Of a stretch of DNA of 64,000 bases, positions 50,661-62,337 are shown one piece after another. The notes below the pieces were generated by a model, which saw only the letters and a list, made by a program, of their open reading frames with translations, did no database searches and was not told the DNA's origin. Every line of letters starts with the position of its first letter. The first letter of the stretch is position 1. A program made the position numbers and the translations under genes. Source of the DNA: Leucoraja erinacea (Eukaryota); assembly GCF_028641065.1 (NCBI RefSeq), contig NC_073399.1, positions 27,218,001 to 27,282,000 on the forward strand. Reading direction: 5' to 3'.

Positions 50661-50765
50661 GTGAGAGCGAGCTGCAGATGTTGGAGGTGGTTAGTACACC
50701 GCCCAGCACCATCTACCAGAGAAACTGCACTGGGAGAGGGTTGGTTGTACAGAAGAAGGTCCGAG
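50661..50765 (+). CDS. KIF19: Candidate additional/cassette KIF19 exon: (G)ESELQMLEVVSTPPSTIYQRNCTGRGLVVQKKVR
   Basis: Acceptor ctccacctgtgtgtgcag, donor GAG|gtgaga. 105 nt, phase 1-1, open in the frame required between the flanking exons. Unique non-repeat sequence. No recalled human counterpart. Confidence 0.6.
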
Positions 50766-53700
50766 GTGAGAGCACGGTGATCAAGTGGTGTGTGAAGAGA
50801 TGCAATCTCATAGTGCATTTTTTTGTTTAGGAAAGTGACCATTTAATCAACTTGCATTGATGACTACAATTGGGCTTGCGTCTTGACTTGAATGTACATT
50901 ACAGCATAAAATTGATGTAGCGGTGTGGTTGCACTTAAGAATTTTTAAGTGGTTAGCAATTCCATAGCTGCATTGGTGGCAGCCTCTGGTATGGCCTAGC
51001 GAGACAGTATAATCCTAATGAGGGAAATTATGGTCATATAGAGATCCAAGGAACTAGATGCTGGAATCTTGAGTAAAACACAAAGTGCTGATGTAACTCG
51101 GTGGGTCAGGCATCATCTCTGGAGGACATGGATAGGTGACGTTAGAGTCAGGACCCTTCTTCAGACATCATACATTGGAAAAGCAACAAGGCTAGAATCC
51201 TGAGCAAAGAACAATGTGTGGGAAGAACCCAGTGCGTCAGGCAACATCTGTGGAGGGAATGGACATGCTGAACAAGGTTCCCAATCCAAAATGTCATCTG
51301 TCCATTGGCTTCACCGACACTGGCTGACCCGCTGAGGTCCTCCAAGAGGAGATGCATAGCAGGTGGCTCTGAATCACGACGTCTAAAGCTCTAAATTATG
51401 TCAACAATTTGATTCCGGCAGTACAAATTTCTCACATTTATAAGGGATTCTAAGGTGGTATCCATGAGACAGCTAGATTTATGCAGCAGTCCGAGCATGA
51501 GCAGTCTGGTAGATAAATGTGTGGGTGACTGAACAGTCCCTACCCTTCATGATTGCCGTTTCAATAGCTGCGGTGACATAGAAAGAAACCTTGGCAAATA
51601 AACATGATTTTTAATATTAATATTTGACATTAAATAATTTTGCTTGTGTTATTTGGAGGAGAAGAAATTTCGAAGTAAATTAGTTGGAGGTTTATGTGAT
51701 TAAAATATGCATTTTAAGGAAAACGTTCAGAGTGGTGACTCAAATATTAGCACGAGCAAATGTGAAATAAAGATTAAGAAACTGGGATCAGGAAAGGAAA
51801 CTAAACTGAACGTTCTCATTAAGGGTGTTGAGGTTGACACTGCAAAAGGATTCCAGTCACAAATTACATGATATAAAATGATAGGCCCACACAGCACGTA
51901 AATAGGCCCTTCAGTTTTGATTGTGATTATAGGTGCTGTCTGTACGGAGTTTGCACATTCTCCCTGCTTCAGGTTTCATCCCGCAATTCAAAGACGTGCG
52001 GGTTTGTAGGTTAATTGGCTTCTGTAAATTGCCCCTATTGTGTAAGATGCAAAACTAGGATAACATGGAACTAGTGTACAGGTCAGGTGATTGTTGGTCG
52101 GCGCAGACTCAGTGGGCAAAAGGGCCTGTTTCCATGCTGTATCTCTAAATTAAAAACCTAAATATACTCTTGTCCCACCTATCCACATTTGGCCCACATC
52201 GCTCTAAACCTCTCATGTCCAAACGTCTTTTAAATATTCTTATAGTATCTGCCTCAACTACCTCCTCTGCCAACTTGTTCCATATACGCACCGCCATCTT
52301 CTGAAAACGTTGCCCCTGAGGTTCAGAGAGGGGTGGGTGCCTGGAACACTGTCAGGGATGGCGGTGAAGGCAGATACAATACAGATGCTCCCCAATTTAC
52401 GATGCTTCAACTTACGATATTTCGACTTTATGATGGCGCAAACGCTCGGCAACAGCAGTGAGCCGACGTCACGTGTGGTCACGTGATAACAATGTATTAA
52501 ATGCGTTTTCGACTTGCGATATTTTCGGTTTAAGATGGGTTGTTCAGAACGTAACTGCATCGTAGGTCAAGGAGCAGCTGTAGTGACATTTAAAAGCCTT
52601 TTAATAGGCACATGGATATGTGGGGAATGGAGGGATGTGGATCACATGCAGACAAAGGAGATTAGTTTGTTAAAGAAGGAACTGCAGGTGCTGGAAAAAT
52701 CGAAGGTAGACAAAAATGCTGGAGAAACTCAGCTTCCTTTCCTCTTCCCACCCCCCACCCCCACATCGGTCTGAAGAAAGGTCTCGACCCCAAAACGTCA
52801 CCTATTCCTTCGCTCCATGGATGCTGCCTCCCCTGCTGAGTTTCTCCAGCATTTTTGTCTACTTTTAGTTTAACATGGCCTCATGTTCAGCACCGGCATT
52901 GAGGGCTGAAGGGCCTGTTGCTGCGCTATTCTATGGTCCATGAAAAATTCTGAATGAATTTCCTCACTTTCAACAAATTCTGCCATCTTGAGATCACCCT
53001 TTCCCAATGGCCACTTTACTGCAACATCTTGTTCATTCCACAGCGCTCAATGTTAAATAACCTATTTCCAAATTGGATCCTCAACATTCTGATCCTGAAA
53101 TCCATCTAGTGGCACTAATTTGATTTGTCCAATTAATATTTAAAGTCCCCTCTAATTACTCACGCAGCCATTGTACACGTATCTCTAATTTACTGGTTGA
53201 AGCTGTTTTCTACAACTAATCAGACCAACTCTGGCAACAACTCCCACCAATACTTTATAGATTCCCTCAATCCATCTCCTCCATGCTGACTGAGATGCCA
53301 TCTAAAGCAATTCCGTTTGTCTGCTTTTGGCCCATTGCCCTCTAAACCTTTCCTATGCATGTACCTGTCCAAATATCATTTAAATGTTAGACACAAAATG
53401 CTGGAGTAACTTAGCGAGTCAGGCAGCATCTCTAGAGAAAAGCAACAGGTGGTGTTTCGGTCAAAACCCTTCTTCAGACCCTATCTATTCCTTTTATCCA
53501 GAGATGCTGCCTGACCCGCTGAATTACTCTAGCAATTTATGTCTATCTTCGGTGTAAACTAGTATCTGCAGTTCCTTCCTACATGTTTTTAAAATGTTGT
53601 TATTGTACCTGCCTATTGTACCTAACTATCTCATCTTGCAGCTCATTCCATGTACCCGCCATGCTCTGTGCAGAAAAAGTTGTCTCTCAGGTTCCTATTA

Positions 53701-54112
53701 AATCTTTCCGCAAGCCTTCCAGATACTTGGGTCAACAGATCCATGGTCCTGCCCATGGTCTGATTCTTCTGAGAGGGGACTCCCTCCTCTATTAAGAACT
53801 AATCTGATCTGGGTATTGGCGTGTTGTCTCCACTGTCTTCCACAATATCTGGTGTTGGTATAACGTAAGATTCAACCCCTCATGAGGGCAGGTCTTTGGC
53901 ATGTTGCAGTGGATATGCATCCTCCATTAGTCTTTGTGTACCTCATTACACTTCTGCTGCCTTCCTGTTCTGTTGATAATATTTACGTATTCATCTGTGA
54001 ATCGCAATCTGAGAGGCATTCGCTCAATATTACCTGTAAATATGGAACAGGATTTTTTTTTAAATTTAAACATCGCTGAAGTTAATATCCATATATTTTG
54101 TTTTCATTACAG

Positions 54113-54264
54113 GTCCAAATAACACAGCGCCAGATGCAGCCAGCTCAACCTCAGTGTTCCATCAGGCTGGGAACTTCAAGAAGCCCGTCAGACGTAATCC
54201 TCAGCCACATTTTAACTACACCGTGACAAATGGAAAGAATGACGTCAGATGTAAGAGACACTAA
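54113..54264 (+). CDS. KIF19: KIF19 terminal coding exon: (G)PNNTAPDAASSTSVFHQAGNFKKPVRRNPQPHFNYTVTNGKNDVRCKRH*
   Basis: Strong acceptor ttttgttttcattacag, phase 1, TAA at 54262-54264. Starts GP and ends GK...RH like the recalled KIF19 C-terminus. Followed by AT-rich, repeat-poor sequence. Confidence 0.88.
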
Positions 54265-57200
54265 CTGAGTGAAAGACAAGACTTTAATGTGAATCATGCT
54301 AAAGACTTAGAGGAAGTTCATGGTTTCTTGCTGGAAGAAAGCAAAAAAAAAACATATCTTCCACGGATGGAAAAGATAAAACTGCACCGAAAAAGGAACA
54401 GAAAACTGTAAAACATTACAAATTTGCAAATGCATAAGATCTCTTTTTTAACTGTTAACATATTATGTTTGTCTCGATCGGTGGATAGGCCTGATTTTGT
54501 TATAAATGTATCTTGACAAACGGGATTGTTCTGTGTTTTGCTTTTGTCGAAGGAATACCAAGCTTGGCATTGTTTGTCCATTACCTAGTTCTAAAGAAAG
54601 CTTGGTGCCAAATGCTCACAGTTATTGGACTCAACTAGTTCCCTCTGGGTCTTGCATTAGACAGGGTGCAAATGATTCTTTATTCTTTGGTAATATAATA
54701 GTTGAAAATCTGCTCATGACATGCATTGGCTTAAAACGATGCACAGAGTGAACTAAATGTTTCATTCTTTTTTATTTAAGCAGGCTTTGTGAATATATGA
54801 ATGTTCTCTATTAAAACCAAGGCAGAGTGGATGCCTTATTCATACTCCACTTCTGTCAAGGACTCGGACCAGACAACACACAGGTCCAAGAATGTTCATT
54901 GTATTTTGTATTAAAACCGTAAGCATATTAATTGTTCTCCCTCAGCAGCAGATACATGTCATTTGTGCATCAGACACATTAGGCCTTGATTGAAGATAAA
55001 TTAAGGTTTATCTTAGAGGTCCACTTTTGATCAAGTTTATAACAATTGATTTCAAGTCATCTTGTGATGCTGAAGAAATTGTTAAATTGTTGTAGTTTTA
55101 ATTTAGCTCTTAGTTCCTGCACATTATCATAAGCCTTTAATTAGCTGGGACAATGTGGTAATCTTTATCACAAAATTACAGAACCTATTGGCAATATTGC
55201 TTAGTTTTAGTCAGCTACAAAAGTTTTGTCAAGTGGAGCAAGTTAGTCTGTGCCATTTTTATATGTGTGTTTTTATTACATTGAGAAGCAACTGACCAAC
55301 CCAACTCACAGAAGGAAGAATTATGGGCTCAATCTTACAAGCTAATAAATTCACCTTTACAGGGAAAGGCATATTAAATTACCAGTGGCGTTTGTGTTAG
55401 TGCGTGCAGCAGCAAAATACTGGTGTGCGTGATCCCGGGGAGTTTATTGCAATGTGGCACTGCTAGCCTGTTGAATGAGCAAAGGCGAATGGCCAACAAT
55501 GATTCCACCATTGCAGACAGAGCAACTGAACTCACACATGGTACTAGACAAATTATAGAAACTGGGAAGTCGTGAAGATTGTGTTAGGGCTTCAGAGGGG
55601 TGGCATGACTCGATCCTGAAGCTCGAGTAAGGTAGGCAGGGGTGGGCAAGCCCGTGATGTGGTCGTAGTAGATGAGAGACACTTCATCTAAAACAATGAG
55701 AGAAAGCACACCGGACGAGATAATTTCTTGCAGCCTGAGAAACCTCTGTGCAATGTACATTGGGCACCATACACACAGGCCTGTAGGCATTTTCATAAAT
55801 GTCACTAACGACACAGTAGTAAACCAGTCATCTCCAGTGACAGTCTTCAAATGAAGGTCTATTGTGCGGTGCCCATAAATATTGCAGTATGCAGTCGAAT
55901 TCATGACCAGTGCTGAACTTCAGATGCCTGCTCTTGTGCCCTATGCAATGCAACAAAATCAAAGCTACTACAATATGAAGGAACAGTAAAGGACGGAAAA
56001 AGTGAGAATAGCAAATTATTCCACGTTGAAATTGTAATATTAAAAAATATGTTTTTCATAAAATGATATGTATAGTATTCCACCTTTATGATTTTGAGTC
56101 ATACAGTGCAGAAACAGGCCAATTGCCCCAACTTGTCCATGCTTGCCACGTTGCCCCATCTAAGCTAGACCCATTTGCTTGCATTTGACCTATATCCCTC
56201 TAAACCTTTTTTGAGGTACCGGTAATACACTTGAACTTAAAGACCCAGTTGTGCCATCTACATAGATCTGTTTTCAGTTTGCTATTCCTATTTGATATTA
56301 TTTGATATTGTTTTACTATCAACAGCTAGACAGGTCTTTTACCTTACTCAAATAAATTGTGATTTTACACAAAATAAGACATCGAACATTGAGCAACAGA
56401 AACACATTGAGGCAGGCGAGATCTGGTGAGAGTTTTGGATCTTATCCAAATTGGACACTTTACAAAACAACTAATTGATGGAAGTTTAATTGGTGCTGGA
56501 AAAACATAACACGATGTACTACAAATGTTCTAATTTCACTGAAATTATTAACTAAACACCAAAGTATATTTTCTTCTCTTCTATATGAAAAAAGTAAGCA
56601 ATTCCAGGAACAGCATCTTATTTTAAAATATCCCACATCTTGAAATATAAAGTTAATGCTGTTTTTAAAACTATTTAAAAAAATTGTAAAATATATTCTC
56701 CTGAGTAAATTTCTACAAATTTTACAAATTCTACAAATTTTACATTCAATGGATAAGCAGTAAAAGTCAAAGATTGGACACACAAGGAACTGCAGATACT
56801 GGAATCTACAGTGGTGGAGGAACTCAGTGGGTCTGGCAGCATCTGTGGAGGGAATGGACAGATGATGTTTTGGGTTGTCTGAAGAAGGGTTCCAACCTGT
56901 CACCTATCCATTATCTCCACAGATGCTGCCTGACCTGTTGAGTTATTCCAGCACTTTGAATTTTTCTCAGGACAAAGATTATCTTTTAAACATGAACAAA
57001 TCTGGAAAATTATTATTTTTTTCGATATCTATATGTTCGCCGCTGTTAACTATCCATGTCATTCACCCCATCTTCCCTCCACCCTCTGTTTTAGACCGTC
57101 TAAATCACAAATAAGCAAGTCCTTTTGTCCTGTCATGTTCCAAGTCATCTGCATTCTTGTGAATCTTAGGTGTTGGTGGAACGAAGAATGATGGAACAGT

Positions 57201-58060
57201 TAATACCCTGAGAAGGCGGAGATGAGTCTTGGTGTGTTTCCCATTGAGAGATGTAGCCAAACTTCTTCAAGATAACCTGCAAAAACAAATTTAATCTACC
57301 CTTATGCTAAACATATATTCTCCAACTCAAAAAGATTTTATGGAACAATTAGACATTTTTGGTCTTTTGCCAAGTTACATTTAGAAATCCATTAGGAGGT
57401 TTTTCAACATATTACACTCGGCCACCCACGGCTGTTGTTTGCGATTAATTTGCTCTGCATGGTTACAATGTTACTGGAAGGCAATTCTTTGTGAAAAAGG
57501 TTCTTGGAGTAAATTTCACTGGGGTCTATGTATTAACTTTATAGATTTTGATGTACTATAATCGTGAGTTTTTTAACTGTTACCAAATTTGTCACAATGT
57601 TGTTTTGACGACTACCCACTGGTCCGCTACTATAATAATGTTTTGGTAGCATCTGATGATCTTTGTAGAAAATGCCATGCAAACATTTTCTTAGTACAGA
57701 TATTTACAGGTATTTATTTAACAAGCATCTACCTATATATAGTAAATATAAAATAAAACAGTCAAAATGACCAAAAGATACATGCATGTATTACTTTTTG
57801 TCTTAATGTTTGCATTTGTTATTATTTATTATCAGTTATAATTCGGGTACACAGTAAGCCTACTTTAAGTGACACTTTTTTAACATTGTCAAATTCACAG
57901 TTGAGCCCTTCATGAATGTAAAAACTTGTAGAGTCTTAACATGATATTGTAAAACAAAGAAAATTAACAGAGAAATCTGTTTACTGTACCTCAGCAAGTT
58001 GCTATTGGTTACTCTTTCCTATCCAGGCTAAATAAACTAGTTATTTAAACAGCTGAGAAT
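54265..58060 (+). other. Probable KIF19 3' UTR/downstream region with several candidate poly(A) signals
   Basis: AT-rich and much poorer in repeats than the introns. AATAAA at 55344-55349, 56351-56356 and 58031-58036, ATTAAA near 54810 and 54910. The true 3' end cannot be determined. Confidence 0.5.
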
Positions 58061-59410
58061 TTAAGGATTTATCAAGTGAATAGAGAATTATATTAAACTG
58101 TATGGTTCATAAAGAGCAAACCATCACCCAAATGGATTAATATTCATTTCACTCCTGTAGCATTTATTAAATATCATGGTGGTATTAGGTCAAATTGAGT
58201 TGATTGCCATATGCACAAGTACAGAAACAATGAGAATCAGCCTGACAGACACAACTCAGACAACATGCAGAACATAACAATTCATACAGTGAAAAGGAAA
58301 AGACTGTGCAAAAGGCACAACATTAGTGCAAAATCATAAAGGAAACAATTCTGTGGTAGTGCAAGGGGTGGTCTGTAGTGATCCATTGCCAAGGTAGGAT
58401 TAGGGTTTTGGAGGTTGTAGGAAAGTAGCTATTCCTGAACTGGCTGGTGTGTGACTTGAGGCTTCTGAACCTCCTGCCCGACGGTAGCAGTGAGAAGAGG
58501 GCACGGCCGGGACGGTGGTGATCCTTGATTGTAGATGGCGCCACCTTAAGGCAGCTCCTCGTGTAGATGATTTTGAAGGTGGCGTGGGCTGTGCCCAAAG
58601 AACTCTGTATATTTGGCTGTGCTTGTGATGGACTGGGCTGAATCCACCATTCTCTGCAACCTCTTGTGTTTCTGTGGTTTGGAATTGCCATACCGGGCCG
58701 CGATGCAACCAAACAGGATACTTTCTGAAGAAATTTGTTAGATTATTTGGATTCTCCCTAAACTTCTAAAAAAGTTGAGTTGCAGCTTTAGACAGTGTTC
58801 ACAGGATCATCAGAAGCTGAGAGTTAAATAATTACTGAGAAAACTGTAAGAGGTTCTTTTCAATCCAATACCACTATATCGTATCTACCTCCACCACCAC
58901 CCCTGATAGTGCATTCTAGAAACTCGTCACCCTCTATGTACAAAACAAAATTGCCGCGCACATCTCCTTTAAACTTTGTGCCTTTCACCTTAAAGCCATG
59001 CCCTCTGGTTTTTCATATTTCCATCCTGGGAAACAGGTTCTGAATGTTTACCTTATCAATACCTCTTATCTATATTACTAAAAGTCTGTTCTTGACCGGT
59101 TTTGGCCATCTGTGCTGCGATTTCCAAGAGAACACCGCCACCTACGGCCGTCATTTTTGGCCACCTTGCTCAGAGCCCCCCTCCGCCACATGTGTGCTGA
59201 GGATTTTTCCCGTCGATTAAAAATGACAGAGATATTAATGTTTTTACAAAATTCCCCATTTTCTCTGCTGCCCCCGCTGGCGGCAGGGGGAGGGACTATA
59301 AAACCAGGAAGTGCCACACAGTCTCTTCAATATGGAGGAAGGCAGAGGGTCACGTTTCTCTGAACTGTGAATAACACTGAACACTTGTCTACTCAAATGT
59401 AAGTGCCCTT

Positions 59411-59745
59411 AGTGGTTCTAAAGCTTGCAAAAAAATGGCTATTGGTTCTAAAGCTTGCAAAAAATGGCTATTGGTTCTAAAGCTTGCAAAAAAAGTGTCT
59501 ATTGATTCTAAAGCTTGCAAAAAATGTCTATTGGTTCTAAAGCTTGCAAAAAATGGCTATTGGTTCTAAAGCTTGCAAAAAATTCTATTGGTTCTAAAGC
59601 TTGCAAAAAGTGTCTATTGGTTCTAAAGCTTGCAAAAAATGTCTATTGGTTCTAAAGCTTGCAAAAAAAGTGTCTATTGGTTCTAAAGCTTGCAAAAAAG
59701 TGTCTATTGGTTCTAAAGCTTGCAAAAATGTCTATTGGTTCTAAA
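59411..59745. repeat. Minisatellite, ~29-31 bp unit TTGGTTCTAAAGCTTGCAAAAAA(A)TG(G/T)CTA, about 11 copies
   Basis: Direct tandem repeats differing mainly in A-run length, inside the Helitron. Confidence 0.95.
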
Positions 59746-59772
59746 ATGGTTCATACTAGCGCTCCCGAAAGC

Positions 59773-60645
59773 TGAAGTTGAAAGACACCACTTAATGCAA
59801 ATGGTGGCATGGTTGAAAGGCACTGCTTACTGCAAATGGTGGATTGGTTGCTTTGGCTTGAAGTTGAAAGGCACTACTTACTGCAAATTGTGGCTTGATG
59901 TTGAAAGGCACTACTTACTGCAAATGGTGGCATGAAGTTGAAAGGCACTACTTACTGCAAATTGTGGCTTGATGTTGAAAGGCACTACTTACTGCAAATG
60001 GTGGCATGAAGTTGAAAGGCACTACTTACTGCAAATGGTGGCTTGGGTGCTTTGGCTTGAAGTTGAAAGGCAGTACTTACTGCAAATGGTGGCTTGGGTG
60101 CAATGGCTTGAAGTTGAAAGGCATTACTTACTGCAAATGGTGGCATGAAGTTGAAAGGCACTACTTACTGCAAATGGTGGCTTGGGTGCTTTGGCGAAGT
60201 TGAAAGCACTACTTACTGCAAATGGTGGCTTGGGAGCTTTGGTTTGAAGTTGAAAGGCACTATTACTGCAAATGGTGGCTTGGTTGCTTTGGCTTGAAGT
60301 TGAAAGGCACTACTTACTGCAAATGGCTTGGGAGCTTTGAAGTTGAAAGGCACTACTTCCTGCAAATGATGGCTTGGGTGTGGCTTGAAGTTGAAAGACA
60401 CCACTTACTGCAAATGGTGGCATGAAGTTGAAAGGCACTGCAAATGGTGGCTTGGGAGCTTTGACTTGAAGTTAAAAGGCATTACTGACAGCAAATGGTG
60501 GCTTGGGTGCTTTGGCTTGAAGTTGAAAGGCACTACTTACTGCAAATGGTGGCTTGGGTGCTTTGCTCGAAGTTGAAAGGCATTACTGACAGCAAATGGT
60601 GGCTTGGGTGCTTTGGCTTGAAGTTAAAAGGCACTACTGTAAATG
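59773..60645. repeat. Minisatellite with core GAAGTTGAAAGGCACTACTTACTGCAAATGGTGGC, in short (~37 bp) and long (~51 bp) variants
   Basis: Tandem core followed by either AT or TTGGGTGCTTTGGCTT, inside the Helitron. Confidence 0.95.
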
Positions 60646-61480
60646 CACTTCCTGTTTGCACTGTATATTGATTTTAGATAAAACGCTACCAGTTATGGTT
60701 GTGATTTTTGGCCATCTTACTCAGTCCCCCTCCACTGAGCAGGTGCAGAGAATTCTTCTCATCAATGAAAAATAAAAGTGTTATTAGTTTTAAAATAAAT
60801 GTTGAGAATCTCTCTCCTGTCAATCACTCCATGAAAGCCACACCTTTTCTGGTGTGGGGGGAGGGGTTATAAAACCCGGAAATGTGGGTGTGGCTCAGTC
60901 TCTGCAAGATGGAGGAGGGAGAGGTCACGACTCGCTGTCTTTAGTGGCTTTGCACCCTACTTCAAATGGTATGAAACTGCACTTGAATTTGGTGGCCTTA
61001 TACCCTGCTTGAAATAGAATTTCAAGGATTAGCCGTGAGTCAACTACCAGCCCACCAGCCGTGAGTGAGTGAGTTGCCAGCACAACAGGCTTGATTGACT
61101 GAGACGCCTGCCCAAGAATCCATTTGGCGCACAATTTGCATACTAGCCCTCTGGAAACCAGTCCCTTCAGCCCACAACACCCATACTAGCGCTCCAGAAA
61201 GCCCTCCCCCCCCCCCCCCCCCCCAAACTGGCCCCCCAATATTAGAATTGGTGGAGAGGTGGAATATTGCGTTGGATGACCAGCTCTCCTGTGTGATGCT
61301 GGGACCCAACGGGTCCCACTTAGTCTAGTAACTTTATATACTTCTATCAAGTCTCCCCTCAATCCCTCCGGCATTCCAGGGAAACAATCTGATTCTATCC
61401 AACCTCTCTGTAATGCTAATACCCCTTAATCCAGGGATCATTCTAGGAAACTATCTCTGCCTCCACATCCTTCCTGTAAT

Positions 61481-62337
61481 TTGATTTGATTTGATTTATT
61501 TTATTGTCCTTTTCTTCAATTAAGAGACAACAAAATACTTTTTCCCTTAGTCATACAAATAAAAAAATTTTAAAACCCCCCACAGAAACACAGTCCACAA
61601 CACAAACATCCCCGCAGCGGCACTAAAGTTCCCCACTGTGAGGGAAGGAACCAAAGTCTAGTCAACCTCCCCACTGATGTTCCCCAATGTTCACCCATGG
61701 TCGGGGCCTCCCGAGCCCCCCGCAGTCGCCGCTATGGGCGGCCCCGATGTTCAGGCCCTCTCGCCGGGAACGATGGAACCCCAACGTCGAACGGGAGAAC
61801 ATCGTCCGCGGCCTGGACCTCTGAATTGGCCACCTCCCACCGGAGTCTGCGGCTCCCGATGTCCACAGGCCGTGTTCGGCGGAAATTCGCGCTGGCAATC
61901 CCCGGCAAAGGGTCCCAGGACTCCGCGATGTTGAGGTCAGCGCCGCCCGCGTTGGGAGCTCCGCGATGTTGGAGCAGCGGCCCAACACTCCGGAGCTCCA
62001 AGCGGCGATCCCAGGAAAGGCCTCGCCCACTCCGCGATGTTTCCAGCGCCTCGCCGCCGCCGCTGCAGAAGCTCTTGTCCGGTCCTGGCAGGAAAGGCCG
62101 CGCCAATCCAGTTAGTAGGCTGCGAGGAGGGGGGGGGGGGCGAGGGTGCGACTCTGATAATAGTCGCATTCTCATCAGGAAGTGACTGAAGGACAATTAC
62201 CCTCTTACCATACCCTCTTTCCCCCACATAAAATACTGAAAAAAACTAAAAAATACATACTTTAAACATAGCAAAAAATAAAAAGACAACCAGACTGTGG
62301 GCGGAGGCAGCCAGTAACAGCACCACCGGATGTAGTG
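61481..62337 (-). mobile_element. Non-autonomous retroposon with GC-rich core and (TCAAA)n tail
   Basis: Flanked by GTAAT direct repeats (61476-61480, 62338-62342) that split a CR1 fragment (ccttcctgtaat|ggggagaccagaactgc). Tail reads ttgatttgatttgatttatt on +. Confidence 0.75.

Larger units (their letters stand above)
59069..61328 (+). mobile_element. Non-autonomous Helitron (2,260 bp) with internal minisatellites
   Basis: A|TCTATATTACTAAAAG ... TGGGACCC-AAC-GGGTCCCA hairpin (61300-61318) + CTTAGT + CTAG|T. Removing it restores a continuous CR1 fragment (acctctta|taactttatatacttc) with no TSD. Confidence 0.9.

Noticed and set aside
59411-60645. CRISPR-like regular repeats and repetitive 'LKGTTYCKWW' ORFs
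   Set aside because: Units are contiguous with no unique spacers, there are no cas genes, and the context is eukaryotic. The ORFs are translations of a minisatellite.
61662-62227. CpG-island-like region with several 85-162 aa ORFs, possible gene promoter/first exon
   Set aside because: It lies within a TSD-bounded insertion with a simple-repeat tail, and the peptides are low-complexity and unrecognisable.
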